The notes under the pieces: model-generated
Database searches by the model: none
Told to the model about the DNA's origin: nothing
Seen by the model: only the letters and a program-made list of their open reading frames with translations
Part shown: positions 50,006 through 64,000 of the stretch, piece by piece
Position numbering within the stretch: position 1 is the first letter of the stretch
Layout: every line of letters begins with the position of its first letter
Position numbers and translations under genes: made by a program
Source: Octopus sinensis
Lineage: Eukaryota
Length of the DNA: 64,000 nt
Reading direction: 5' to 3'
NCBI RefSeq assembly: GCF_006345805.1
Contig: NC_043004.1
Coordinates: 1,798,001 to 1,862,000, forward strand

Positions 50006-51254
50006 ACACACACATATATATAAAATTAATGTAGGCGTTAAAGGGGACTGTCCGCAGAAAAGTACAGGAAATAGAAAGATTTGATGTGCGTGGGTATATA
50101 AGCCTGTAAAAGTTGTTGGTGTGACAGTATGCTTGCATCATGGTATTAATAGCCAGTGTGTTTGCACGGTGTATTGTGATAGGTCAGAGAGAATATCTGA
50201 AAGATTAATAGAGCAAGAAGAGGATTGAAAGGGAATCTAAATTGAAGAAGAATTAAGAAAGAACAGATAGAGATATGACCGTATTGCAATAAAAAACCGT
50301 GAAAGGAAACAAATAAAAGAATGGGAATAAAGAATAAGAAAGGGGCGGAGATAGAATGAGACAAAGTTACGAATAACGAAATCAAGAGAAACAGGGTCTA
50401 AGAAATAAGCAGCCATGGTATGAAGTGATTAGAGAGTAAGAAAGTTGCAAGATGCTGAGAAGGCAATGAAGCGTCAGTAAAGGAAATTACCGAAGAGTCG
50501 AAACGGAGCGGCAAAACAGCTTATTGGGACGGCATCGTGAAAAGAAAGCCATAAAAATTGAGACAACAATTAAAACGGCGCATTCAGTGACCATGTGTAT
50601 TAACAGAATAGGATAAAAGAAATAAGAGAGAAAGAGATAGATAGATAGATAGAGAGAGAGAGGAGGAGGAAGTGAAGAAGAAGGAGGAGGAGGTGGAGGA
50701 GGAGAACAAGAAAGAAGAAGAAGAAGGAGTCATGAGAATCTAATGAGTGTTGATAGAAAGAATATGGGGGAACTGGTTGCATTTCAGTGATTCCAGGCGT
50801 ATGGTCAAAGATGTGGAAATACTAACTAAAAGAACATTGGCCGAACAGAAGCAAATGATTAGGACTTGCAGTCTTGAAATGGGTTTGGCTGCGTCTTTTA
50901 TTGACATTAAGCAACTTAGAATTACAGGCTTTCTCCGATTCCTTTGTATTTATTTTATATTTTCTTCATTCATATTTTTATTGTTATTTTAATAATCTTC
51001 CGAATTTGCTCAAAATAGGGATTTCTCATTGATTTCTATTCTTTGAACATTCTATACTGTCTACGGATAGGCTCAGGTGCTCAACCGTTGAAGAAATGTC
51101 ATTAGTCTACTTAAATGGTGTTCAAAATTACATCCAATTCTTTTGTCGTATATAATTAACAATCAATACGTCTCAAAGAAATCTTGTTCTAATTTCTTTT
51201 TATATTTCTCAAGAAAGATCCCTATCGTCAGTAAGATATCAAACCCCTTCTTTT

Positions 51255-51258
51255 TCCA

Positions 51259-51324
<66 letters not shown>

Positions 51325-51483
51325 TATTATTATCATTATTTTATTTTTATTATTATTATTATTATTGTCATCATCACCATCATTATTATTTTTATCAATA
51401 ATAATAATAATAATAATAATATAATAATAATAATAATAATAATATAATAATAATAATAAATAATAATAATAATAATAATAATA
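51255..51483. repeat. Divergent (TTA)n then (AAT)n arrays
   Basis: Direct reading; the orientation switches near 51395. Confidence 0.9.
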
Positions 51484-53925
51484 AGAGTCCGGCTATGTAA
51501 ATTGAAGGGGAAGATAGCGCCAACTATTGTTGGGTCCTTGAAAACAGTATCAGAAGGCACTAAAGGAAATATAAAGGAAATTGAAATAGAGCACCCAAAT
51601 TCTTGGAAGTTTGGATAATTCCCCTTTGGAAACGTGGGTGGTTCGTTCAACATCCTTAAACAATCCTTATCCATGGACCCTTTGAGCGGGATGAGCTACT
51701 CGACCAGAAGAAAATTCTAACTGGACCCCACCTGCAAGGTCATGCGCTGTTTATCTTGATATGAGATCACCATGTCACGCACATATGGTTGTGATGCCGA
51801 GAAAACACAGCTAATGATACCAGCATAGCATTGAAAGACCTAAAGAATACAGGACGAATCCTTAGATAAGAATAGTTGAAAACGACGACACCTGAGATGT
51901 ATATATCTGAGAGCCAAGCAATATTCAAGCATTCAGATATACAAAGCAGAAAGAAACTCATGAAAATTCAAAGCTTACAGAAGAATAAAAAATTACCACT
52001 TATACCAAGTTTAGTACTTGAATTTAGTACTAAACAAAATCAATAATGACATAATCAGGCTATCTATTCCACAGCATCTGTAACATATAAAGGAATAGGA
52101 ATCAAGATTAAGGAAAACAAACCTATCACGGTGCACCAGAGAAGAGCTCCGTATCTTGTAGGAATTAACAAGTGGTGTCAATATTAACGCCAAAAAGCGG
52201 GAATGATAAAGCAAATATATGAATGTCGAAAAAATGATGAAATATTTTGTGCTAAGGAAACAGTGAGGTAAGAAGTGCAATAAAAAGCACAAAGAATATG
52301 TAGATTTGAAAAACGTCCAAAATTCAACAGAAAATGTAGAAAATATTCTAAACTGATGAGAAGTTGTATAAGGACACAGGAAAAACAAAGATGGAGGTTA
52401 AAATTCTTCTCTCGATTGATGAAGTTCACAAATTTCGTAGAAAAATATGGAGTGATTTAAAGGATCATAATAAGACAGCGAAATGGATGGCGCGAGAGTG
52501 GAAAGAACTGGAAAACATACTTGAGCTGATATGGAAAGACATCAGCGTGGAAGGCATTAGATTAATTCTTAACAAAAAGATCAAAAGAGGAAATTCCCAG
52601 GAATAGATGAGATTCTAAACTTTTAGCTATCTAATATTCCAGCATTACATAAACCACTAGCAAAGTTTTTTCCGTATTTAATGAAACATCGTTCTGAAAT
52701 ACTTTCATGGTTATTGTAAGGTATAAGTTTCCTTCTTCCGAAATCGAACGAGGCTTATCACTTGTCTGTTCCCTGCATATAAATTGTTTAAGCCCATTAT
52801 ATCAGAACAAGCATATACATTTCTAGAAAACAATTATATTTTTTCTTGAACAGAAGGATTAGAAAAGAGACTTAAACGGTTGCAAACATCAGTTTTTCAT
52901 CCACAAAAGGTAACTTGAAAACTGTCATGACAGAATACGTAAACTAAGCACTGCGGGGATAGACTACCAAAAAGATTTCGATTATGTATCTCACTGTGGT
53001 ATTTTCAATGTTTTAGACATATATAGACTCACACAAAATTTCTGGAACACAACATAACTCGATGGAACAACATGTTTATGCGATAAGCGAATCAAAGAGC
53101 AAAAAGATTAACCGTGGTGTTTTTCAAGGGTATTTCCTTACCCTTCTCTTCTGTTTATGCTTCGTTCTTTTATCTATTGAGCCCAATAATGTCAAATTAG
53201 GATATAAAATATGAATAAAGACAATATAAACACACAAACTTATATTGATAATATAGTCGATTCAAACAGCGAGCAAGATTTTCTGAAAACCGTATATAGC
53301 CATATGACCTGCCTCTGCGATTTTACAATTCATAATCATAGGACAAGTAATGTAAATCACCCGGATATAACAGTAAAAAAAAAAGGAAAGCATGGATGAA
53401 ACTTGTCTCCTAACTGTTATGGCTGTCACTATGGACAATAATGTCGCAAAGAATACAATAAAATAGAAATAGAAAGAACTAAGTAGGGAGATTGCCAAAA
53501 TGTGACAGACGAAAATGACAAGGATATCCGTTTATCATAGGAGCACTCGAAGTTAAGATAAAGGGAATTGTGAAGTTCATACATATGATACCAGGAAAAC
53601 CATGCTTGAAAGGAATTTTTAAAAAATAACCTTAATGGACACTGCGCACATTTCACGTACAACATTATCACTCTAAATTTCATAGATCTATAGAAATTTT
53701 TTATTAAGCACAATATACAAAATATTTTTTATCATCATTTATATTAATTCTATTTCTATTTATTCGTTTCTATCCAGGACTAGCACTTCTCAATATCATA
53801 CAATCACCATATACATTAAGAACATCATATCTCTTATGCACCTCACCTGGTTGGGTGACGTGTGAGGTACATTGTGTAAATACAGTTAGATATCAAGAAA
53901 ATAGATTTTAAAAAAATAATAATAA
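51484..53925 (+). mobile_element. Heavily decayed R4/Dong-like LINE composite
   Basis: REL C-terminal fragment (51484-51600), then a piece of the 560-bp element (~51600-51798), then N-terminal/RT remnants (PGIDEILNF, IDYQK, INRGVFQG) and a C-terminus (..MDTAHISR), 3' UTR and short AAT tail. Confidence 0.7.
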
Positions 53926-54065
53926 ATATAGTCCGTAGGCTGTGGGCAGATGACACTTTGCACCATACCCAGCAAAACAGGCTGAGATCTTTTATGAAAA
54001 AATAAGATAAATAAAATTATAATAATAACGACGACGACGATGATAATGAGGAGGAGGATGAGGAC

Positions 54066-54198
54066 TCACTGGTACTTAATTTATCGACCCCGAAACGCAA
54101 AGTCGACCCAGGCGGAATTTGTACGCAGACCGTAAAGACGAACGAAATGCCGCTAAGCATTTTACCCAGAGTGCTAACGTTTCTGCCAGCGCGCCACC

Positions 54199-54202
<4 letters not shown>
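54066..54202 (-). mobile_element. Family A SINE (partial)
   Basis: Reverse complement of head and body, adjoining (AAT)n. Confidence 0.85.
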
Positions 54203-54269
<67 letters not shown>

Positions 54270-54362
54270 CAGAAAAATATCTAAACAGCTGAATTGTGAT
54301 AAGATACATCACTCAAAGGCAGACGTGGATCGTCTTTACCTTCCCAGAGCCCAACTAGATCG
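54270..54362 (+). mobile_element. R4/Dong-like fragment
   Basis: IHHSKADVDRLYLPRA directly after (AAT)n at 54201-54269. Confidence 0.65.
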
Positions 54363-54364
54363 GA

Positions 54365-55020
54365 GTTGCATCTTACAAAAAGAAATACCACAAATGGACT
54401 GGTGAGACATCTTGAAACAATTAAAGACTGGACGCTTATACACGTTGAAAATCTCGAGGGCGAAATTTCCCGTCAAAAGACAAGGGAACTGGCAGAGAAA
54501 ATGGAATACTACCACACTGCTATAGAGAAGCATCTTCACTCGATGGGAAAGGGTTCAGAAGTATGGAGCATGGGTTCCGCATGATTTAAGTGGCAACAAC
54601 AAAAATCAACGAGCCACAACCTCCGCTGGTTTGAGAAAAGACCTAATCGGCAGCTTGGAGTTCTTCTGCTGCAAGATAATGCCCGCCCACATATCGCCAA
54701 CATGACCAAGGAAGCCATTCAAACGCATGGCTGGGAAGTGCTGCCACACCCGCCGTACTCTATTGATTTGAAATCAACGGATTTCCATCTCTTTTGATCT
54801 CTTTCAAATGCTATGTGCGGAGTTCGTTCAATACTCATGCAAAATTGAGAGCTTGGTTGGATCAATTTTTCGAGTCGAAATCAGGTGATTTCTACCAACG
54901 AGGTATTGACAATTTTGCTACACATTGAAACGAAGTTGTAAACAACAAAGGTGAAAGCATTATTGATTAATTAGTTGTTATTTTTTATTAAACCTTTTAA
55001 AAAAATTAAATCTTTTTAAA
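54365..55020 (+). mobile_element. Mariner (DD34D) transposase remnant
   Basis: TRELAEKM..HLHSMGK..WVPHDL; LLQDNARPH..LPHPPYSIDLKSTDFHLF, with 34 residues between the Asp residues. Confidence 0.9.
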
Positions 55021-55021
55021 A

Positions 55022-55205
55022 TGGTTGTCGCTTGACGACCAATGCTGGTGTGTATACGTCCTTGTAACTTAGCGGTGCGGCAGAAGAGACTGATGACATA
55101 AGTACTAGGCTCACAAAGAATAAGTCCTGGGGTCGATTTGTTCGACTGAGGGCGTTGCTCCAGCATGGCCGCAGTCAGTTGACTGAAACAAATAAAAGAA
55201 TAAAA
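55022..55205 (+). mobile_element. Family B SINE 3' half
   Basis: CGCTTGAC..GTAACTTAGCGG..GCTCCAGCATGGCCGCAGTC..AAATAAAAG. Confidence 0.85.
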
Positions 55206-56839
55206 CAATATGTATGTATGCATGTATACCATGTATACACACACATATATACATATATTCAAATATGTATGTGTGCGTGTGCATGTAAATAACTGTACAT
55301 CCCCCGTGCATATGATATAACCAGCATTATACATATATATATATATATATATATACGGTGAGTAGTAGCTTGTTTCGATAGCAGGTTGTCCCTGTATAAA
55401 CAGTTATGATAGCCGTATACTGAATGTATACGGCTAATGTGAAGATACCGGAAGAGAGATTCGAAGTTTATACTCACTTTTATTCAAAGTTTAAGCATTT
55501 ATTCTGTATATATTCACTACGTACAGACTTGGGCGTGAACTGCCACACGGATACGTTTTAATGAACATATATTTACAGAAATATAACTGCCTATACGGTT
55601 TAAACATACATATGTATATACATATAAGTGTATATCTACCTATCTATATACCTCCATATATATATATATGTATATATATATACATATATATATATAGATA
55701 GATAGATATATATACATTCATATACATATGTGTGTGTGTGTGAGTGTACACCTTACACCTTTATATGCACTATAGATAATCATATTGATATACATTGATG
55801 TAGGTACGATGTGTGTGTGTGTCTGTTTGTCTAGACAGGCATCACATTCTACTCCAAAGAGAATCAGCAACAGCTCTCATGTTAATGATGATAGTTGTGA
55901 GAGGATCAACCCAGAGAAATAATACTTGCAAAATGTAGATCAGCAATAGTAATAGCAGCAGTGACAATATTTCGAGTTGTAGTGTTAGAGAGAGAATGAC
56001 GTTTGCGTGACACATTATCAGCTCTAAGAAGCCGATTAAAGGAAACTAAATTACACGGTTGCCTCCCCGCCAGGCACGTCCTGGCTTATGAAAGGCCGCC
56101 ATTTTTGATCGAGTTCTCTCTCTGTGCGTGCAATTGTAGCGATCAAAATAGATATTTTTCTGTGAAAAATGACAATGATAAAAGATATGTCAGAGAAAAT
56201 TAAGCAGCCACTACCCTCTCATATCACACCAGTATTGGTGTTTAGCATGACCGGCCACTGTCTTAATCCTCGACCACAGATAACAGCCATTCTGAAATGA
56301 TGGATCGGGAGACTGTTCGGAGAAACGCCTTAAAAAGAAAAAGAAGAGAAAAAAAGACTCACAATAAAGGTGCCGTGTTTTGGGATCGAAACGTAGGGAA
56401 ATATATACAAGAAAAAGAATACAACTCTAAACAAGAGAAAAAGAAAAGAGCTAAAAGACAAAATAATAGGAGAATACTATCATAAAAGGCCAATTGTATT
56501 TTCATACAATCAGGGTCTTTGATTTGTAGTTGTTTCTTTTCGAGTAACATATGTATAGAGGTATGATTACGCCAAAATCTATACATGTACCCTCATATGA
56601 ATGTACGCAAACATAATTCAGAAAGTTATGAATAGAAGAATATGCATTGTTAAATAGAAACACAGACATACATTCATATGCATACACCTAAGCATACACA
56701 CGCTCATAAACGTGTGTGCGTGTGCGAGTGTGTGCGTGTATCCGTCACTAACATCATTATATACGCATGTGTGGTTTGGTGAATTTCATATAGATGTATT
56801 ATATAAGATTATATGCTTTCTAGATAGTCAATTGTACTA

Positions 56840-57236
56840 TACATACATGCATATATATATACATATATGCATGCACATACATGCACACACATATACATGT
56901 ATTTATATATGTGTATGTGCACGTATATATATTATTTATATATTTATATTTATTATATACATCCATATTATATATATTATAGATTTAATATAAATATATA
57001 TACATACACATACATGCACACACGCATATATATATGTATATGTATATCTATCTATCTGTCTATATATATTATATGTATATATATATATATATAATACATA
57101 TGTATATACATATATATGTGTGTGTGTGTATGTGTCTGTATATATATTATTTATATATTCATATGTATTATATGCATCCATATCATATATATATGATATA
57201 TATGATATAAATATGTATATATTTGTATATATATAT

Positions 57237-57275
<39 letters not shown>
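56840..57275. repeat. Degenerate (AT)n/(AC)n tract
   Basis: Direct reading. Confidence 0.9.
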
Positions 57276-57281
<6 letters not shown>

Positions 57282-57906
57282 ATATGAACACTTGTGGGGC
57301 ACGAGGTACTAGCAACAAGAACAACGATAACAAGTAAACCAAGAAGAAAACCGCCGCACTTGAGACACAATAGAGACACGAAGAGACCAATATCTGTATT
57401 TGTAGCAAATATTCAAACTTTCTTAGTCGCACTTCAACGTCGCTTAGTCTGAGCTTTAAGTCGGGGCTAAGTTAACTGGCTCTGTAAATAAGAAATCAGC
57501 CATGTCATTAAGTTAGAACCAGGAGACTTCTGTCTTTATTCGGAGACGCCAATAAATTTTTACACAATTACATTTAAGACACACGATATATTCCCCCATC
57601 TTCGTTACTTTGATGATGTTAGCTTTCTGTTTTATAGTTTCTTCTTTTATATATATATATATATATTATATATATATATATTATATATATATATATTTCA
57701 TCGTTTTTGTTTTTCTCTTCATTTTGTGTACAGAGCTAAATTCAATTTAGGGAGAAATGAAAGATGAAGTACTATTTCTAAACCTTTCTCTCGGTTCTAT
57801 TTTCGGTAGATATTATCTCAATAGCAATTCTCTTTAAGCTATCGTCCATTTTTACTTCCATCTCTGTAGCTCTGCGATTAGCTTTTTTTTTCTTTTATGA
57901 TATCTT

Positions 57907-57975
<69 letters not shown>

Positions 57976-57991
57976 GAGCGTATATATTTTT

Positions 57992-58092
<101 letters not shown>

Positions 58093-58269
58093 GTAGATAA
58101 GTAGACTAGTGGTTAGAGTGTTGGGGTCACGATGGTATGGTCTTGAGTTCCATTTCTGCAGTCAATGGCTTGTTGTTTTGTGTAATACAGATAATGTTGC
58201 TTTGTTCTAATCTACTAAAATAAAGAGTACTAACCAAGTTTTCTTTACCGCTTTACTGCATTTTCTTTC

Positions 58270-59250
58270 TCTGTTACCACAATAGAGAATGTCTGGTACA
58301 AAATACTAGAATAGATTCGCTGGTGAGTTGTGGTTAAGTGAGACTACCATATCACTTAACTGGGAATTCCTCCGCTCCCTATTAAATGCTGTAGACGTCC
58401 GTGAAGACGTCTTGGAAAAGGTCTGTAAAATATACTTGGAGTTTCAAGGGCAGTCCGTATAATATAGTGGTTTGTCTTTCCCTTAGCCACGAGGGTTTTT
58501 CTCACTAATTACCTTCTCTAATCACCCTTCTGGGTGACCTACAACCGATTGATGAGGAGCACCCTACCAAATGTTGGCTAAATTATTCGCTAATGCAGTC
58601 GCTGTAGTCTTTGTGCACCGGGAACCATGCATTCGCACTCCTGTAATGGGTCCTTATTTATAAATATTACACTAATTTACCGTTTAGATGAAAACTTTGC
58701 GATTAGTGAAGTCCAGCAGATGAAAATCTTGTCACCCTATATCTCCTTCCGTAGTTAAAATCATTATACCAAGATATAATCCACATGAAACGATGTAGCA
58801 GCTCCTTATCCACTCACGTGCATTAGTAAATTTCAATCGGCGACTGTGACCCCGGTTGAAGCTATACATTCAAGGTTGTAAAATTGTTTATATGCTCTTC
58901 TGCTGACCTTTCACAACCTAATCTTGTGTTTCAAATGTAATTCTGGCCACCATTTGATAGCAACCCTTTCACTGCACTGATTTATTCGGGTCTAAGAGGA
59001 TTTTCTGTAATTTGAAATTCAAACCTTTACCAACGACAGTGACTCAAGACGCCTAATCCGAGAGAACCACGAAATACATATATCGGATGGTGTATGAAGC
59101 TGAACGCGACTACATTCCAGATATCTGCTCTCACTGACGTATTCTTCATACAAATCTAGTGACCTAATGACATTGAGAAAGTGATGTTGCGCATAAGCCG
59201 ATCGCAGGTCGCGTATATTTGTCCATCCTATCGTGACTATCGTCATGTTA
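58270..59250 (-). mobile_element. Old L1/Tx1-like ORF2 remnant (APE endonuclease to RT-proximal region)
   Basis: TIGWTNIRDLRS..FLNVIRSLDL..VSES resembles the APE N-terminus (S/T-N-(V/I)RGL..SET). GLPL..FTDLFQDVFTDVY resembles the DGLP..DL region preceding RT. Confidence 0.45.
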
Positions 59251-60309
59251 ATGGGAGAAAGAGAAAATATGACGTTTAGGCACCTTACTCTTGGTGGATT
59301 TATACTCTGATCTTCTCAGTAATGGATGGAGGTCCCTTTAAAGACCTCTTTCTGAAATGTCTATGCTGAGATTCTTGGGAACCATCTCTAGCCTGTAGAG
59401 TGTTTTGATCTGCATTCATTTGAGACAATCCACATGACTGCTGTATTGTGCGCGAGATAATCCAAGATCTCACTTTTGAAGAAGCAATTTATCATTTGTT
59501 ATCTCTTTGAATAAGTTAAATAGAAACGTGAATAATTTTGTTGTTCTTGTAAATGTTTTTTCATTGGTTATTTTGTGATTCTAAGCAGTTTCTTTTCATG
59601 CTTTTTGTTATTTTCACAGTGGTGGTGAAGATGGCTGATTGGTGGACTTCCTACTGCTTTGTGCATAATTCCAGTATTCCAAAGAGGTTGACCGTTTTTG
59701 GTTTACTTACTTTCCATCACAGCTACGATCTCTTTCTATGAGTTCCTCAAGGTCTCATTGTCTGACTAAGATGTGGATTTAGAGAGGCCTAGAAAAGAAA
59801 AGGTACACGTCTACATATCTGAGGGAAAGTGAATAAGTGTTTGTGATTGGTATACTGGTAGTGAAGAAGAGGACTTATTTTTTGCTTTTGGGTAGGTGTG
59901 AAGTGGAACTGTCCTTCATTATGGTGTTAGTTGATTTTTTTGTCTTTGAAATTTTCTATTCTTCTTCTTACTGTTATCAGTTGGTTTGGAGATGGCTGAT
60001 ATAAAGACTTTATTTTTGTTTCCCTCAATTCCAAACAAAACCCTATTAGGTAGCTGATGCTACCATATGTATGGCCCGTTTCCCTCAGCTATATTTATAT
60101 AGATGGCCACAATACAGTAGATCCATTTCGCCCATAATTTTTCAGGTTCTGCTTGGAGCAGGACTACTAATTCAGCTGTTGGCGGCCAGTTTAATACGTT
60201 CGAAATTATATACTCCATTTTCCAAAATAGTTGCTCTCAAAAGTGGTCCATATGATATTAGGGATCAATATGAGGTTTTGTAAATTTTTTTGTACCATAC
60301 ATTTGTTTA

Positions 60310-61460
60310 CTAATACAGGACACGAAACATATAAACAGATTTTTAACAAGAAAAAAGGGTTGCTGTGAACTTTTACAACTGGAATTAACAATGAAGATTG
60401 CCACAATTGGCCTAGATACCTACCTGAAAAACTCCGATGACTGGATGTTAAAACTTGTAAAAGCATAAAAACAAGAAAACATCATACTCAGTAATAAAAC
60501 AGGCAAAGGAATATCTAAGTGAATTCCAAATACAACAAATCTCAGAATTAGACGTACTGAAAACAAGCACACAAAAAGCTGAGCATATGAAAACCCGTGC
60601 TAAAAGTGCTGCCTTAAATATTCTGACTGATAAACGACAAAAAAACCCCCACTTTCAATGGCAAATATCCAAAGAGAGCTAATAATTTCGATGTTGACAA
60701 AGCCTTTACCCATCAATGGTTAGTGTCTTCTCGCTTAAAATCAGAAGCAGGAGGGTTTATGATAGCAGTCCAAGATCAATGACTACCTACAAGAAACTAC
60801 CAGGCCAACATATTAAAGAACCGCAGTAGCCCAACGTATTAAAGAACCGTAGTAGCCCAACATGTCGTGTATGTTAACAACAAAATGAAACCATTGATTA
60901 TGTTGTCTCCATGTCTTCTAATGTCTACAGAGTATCTCAACAGCCGCCTTCAATGTCTGAAAATCTCATTCCTCTGGAACTTTACTATTCAAACTGACAG
61001 AAAGATAGACGCAAATAGGCCAAGCATTATATTGAAAGACTTCAGACAAAAACTGAGCAAGTATAAAGATCTCGAAATAGCAATTGGCAAAATGTGGAAT
61101 CTCAAAACTAAAACAATACCTGTTGTCGTAGATACCCAAGGAATGATAACAAAAGTGGCCGATTCCTATGTAGCTCAGATACCAGGAAACCCCCAAATGG
61201 CAAAAATTCAAAAGATAGTGCTCATGGGAACTGCCCATATCCTACGTAAAATACTGAATATGTAATCTCAAATTTTAAAACAAACGCATAATTTTCCTTG
61301 TTTTCTTAAACATTCTCTACAACAATATTATTTGCAAAACCAAATATATGACATCCTATCCATAACATCAACATGGACTTCTAGCTTGTTGTCTCTTGAG
61401 GTCTCTGGGTGAGACTTGGAGTCAATTTGTACAAATACAAACAAAAGTCAAATATATCGT
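60310..61460 (+). mobile_element. R4/Dong-like LINE 3' third
   Basis: GLDTYLKNSDDWMLKLVK, HQWLVSSRLKSEA, QTDRKIDANRPSII, LSKYKDLEIAIGKMWNLK, IQKIVLMGTAHILRK; followed by (AAT)n at 61461-61590. Confidence 0.9.
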
Positions 61461-62003
61461 AATAATAATAATAATATAATAATAATAATAATAATAATAA
61501 TAGTAATAATAATAGTAATAATAATAGTAATAATAATAGTAATAATAATAATGATGATGATGATGATGATGATGATAATAATAATAATAAAGAATATATA
61601 TACTTAGAGAGTGATAGAGAGTGGGAGAGAGAGAGTGAGAGAGATAGATATTTATGTTTGTTTTATGTTAAGTTTTACATTAAACTGAAGGATTTTTGCA
61701 TACTTACCCATTCCTAATTGTGCAACCAATAATCTGGTCTGGAGAGATTTTCAGATTCATCTGTTCGGTATCTTCAAAACCTAGAACGCTACGTCTTGAG
61801 TGTTAAGCATGGCGAAACTCTGAGTAACGACTCACGCAGACACAGCTTTGTCTGATAATACGCACACCTACATAAACACGCACACATACACACACATAGA
61901 CACACATATACACGTAGATACTCACCTACACAGAGGTACACATATTCACAGAATCACACAGACACAGACACACAAATACATACACTCATACATATATATA
62001 TAT

Positions 62004-62047
<44 letters not shown>

Positions 62048-62099
62048 GAGATGCGATTAAAATTCGATCATGTTTCAAGATATTTTTGAAATAGTTTTG

Positions 62100-62156
62100 C
62101 TTCTGCTGCTGCTGCTGCTGCTACTGCTGCTACTACTACTACTACTACTACTACTA

Positions 62157-62200
<44 letters not shown>

Positions 62201-62202
62201 TT
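62100..62202 (+). repeat. (CTG)n(CTA)n microsatellite
   Basis: Direct reading. Confidence 0.95.
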
Positions 62203-63144
62203 GTGTATATTTAGTCATTATTTTTGTTCATTTTAGCTCCTGAATCTGTGATAACTATAATAAACGAGTTGAGAAGTTGGAAAGAAAACAGCAGAGAGAA
62301 TTAATGTCTTCCGTATCAGCAAATATATTCAGTGGAATAAATGGTGCTTGTTTACTATAATTAGTGGGTGAAAAGATGCAATTTACTATCTCGTTGCATG
62401 AACAACAGCCGGATAAGTGCAGCAATGTTACTCAAGAGAATCAGATGCACGGATGAAAGCACGGTTAATGAACCAACTACTGCCATCTACGTAGGGTGTG
62501 GTTCGGAGCATCGGTTTGGAACTGAGCAAGGTTTCTCTCCATAAAACTAGCTTTCACTTTTGTTATTTCCCTATATCTCTATTACTGATGCTATTCACCG
62601 TTGTCAGAAAGGCTACTGAACACATATGTTACTATCACAGCAATTTCTCCGATAAATTAACCGTGGTTAAGGATGAACAAAGATATTTCCTCACCAAATA
62701 GTTTATGCGAAATTGTGCTTCATAGGCAATATGGATAAAATATGAGTTTCATCTACATTGACAAATCTTTGCAGTGATTTCTTTAATGACATTCCCAGAA
62801 TACCATCACACTAATTACAAGATTTTCTTGATTGAATATCGTATGATATTTGTTTCTTTTACACCAAACGCACAAGGACTCGGTGCTATGATCAAAGTAA
62901 TATAAATTAGGCTCATCCAGCGCTTTTCTAGATCTTAGAATATATAATCCAATGATCCAGCTTAAAACCTTTTCTCGGTTTTCAACATTTCGATCGGAAG
63001 CCTAATTGTGTCAATAGAGTTATAACAAGGACTTGAGATTCCCTGTGAGGGCACCGGGCACAGCTTCTTTCTTTACCCCAAACGAATGACAAAAGTAGGA
63101 AGAGTATGATTTGAAAAAGATCTTCTTAAAATATTATGTCACGG

Positions 63145-63304
63145 TGCAGGCGTGGCCGTGTGGCAATTAGGTTGCTTCCCAACCACATGGATCCAGGTTC
63201 TGGCCCAGTGCGAGGCACCTTGGACAAGTGTCTTCTACTATTGCCTCGGGCTGACCAAAGTCTTGTGAGTGGATTTGGTAGACGGAAACTAAAAGAAGCG
63301 TGTC

Positions 63305-63338
<34 letters not shown>

Positions 63339-63540
63339 CTGCGTCTGTCCTTTACCCCCTCCATCGCTTGATAACCGATGTTGGTGAGCTTACGTCCCCG
63401 CAACTTAGCGGTTCGGCAATAAAGCACCATAGAATAAGTACTAGGCTTACAAATTATAATTCCTGGGGTCCATTCGTTCGACTAGAGGTGGTGCTCCAGC
63501 ATGGCCGCAGTCAAATGACTGAAACAAGTAAAAGAATAAA
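63145..63540 (+). mobile_element. Family B SINE, full length
   Basis: Head, internal (AT)n and tail are all present. Confidence 0.9.
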
Positions 63541-63786
63541 GTTTTATGTGTTTTACAAAGTCGTAACTAAATTAACGTTATTTTTTAATGGAAAATTAAA
63601 ACCCGATCACGGTTCCACTTGATTTTAATTATTAATCTTATGAAAATATTTAAGCATGAAATAAACTAATTAAATCAAATATACCTATAACCAATTCATT
63701 GATGATGAAGTTATGTCATGAGTTAATTGTTGTTGAAATTTAGCCGCAAGTATGTGGCGAGCTGGAAGGATCGTTAATGCAGCCAA

Positions 63787-64000
63787 GGCGGGAAGCTGGT
63801 AGATTCGCTAGCACGCCGGGCGAAATACTTAGCGGTATTTCGTTTGCTGTTACGCTCTGAGTTCAAATTCCGCCGAGGTCGTCTCTGCCTTTCACCCTTT
63901 CGAAGTCGATAAATTAGTACCGGTTGTGTATTGGGGTTGATCTAATCGACTGCCCCCACCCACTCCCCCAAAATTTCGGGCCTTGGGCTTAGAGTAGTAA
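63787..64000 (+). mobile_element. Family A SINE
   Basis: GGCGGGAAGCTGG..GCACGCCGGGCGAAAT..GAGTTCAAATTCCGCCGAGG..CCCCCAAAATTTCGGGCCTTG. Confidence 0.9.

Overview
AT-rich, microsatellite-saturated eukaryotic genomic DNA. The SINE, LINE and mariner families look like those of octopod cephalopods (Octopus sp.); this is recognition from memory, not a database search. I found no host protein-coding gene, rRNA, true tRNA gene or CRISPR array, so the window is probably intronic or intergenic. Nearly all listed ORFs are translations of (AT)n, (AC)n, (TAA)n or (GAA)n tracts. What can be supported is a dense, mostly decayed mobilome: (1) R4/Dong-like RT + restriction-like-endonuclease LINE fragments, mostly abutting (TAA)n arrays, one with a twin-priming-type 5' inversion; (2) a second REL-type 3' end sitting in (TACA)n arrays; (3) CRE-like and L1/Tx1-like fragments, and an ORF1-only gag-knuckle element whose 3' tail matches a tRNA-SINE tail; (4) at least three tRNA-derived SINE families; (5) a pile-up of Tc1/mariner elements at 37.7-41.3 kb, plus piggyBac-like and Helitron-like non-autonomous elements; (6) Penelope-type signatures, including a tRNA-headed element with a minimal hammerhead-ribozyme fold, and a 238-bp near-perfect palindrome; (7) two adjacent (AT)n-bounded tandem duplications that may be assembly artefacts. 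Boundaries of decayed elements are approximate, to within tens of bp.
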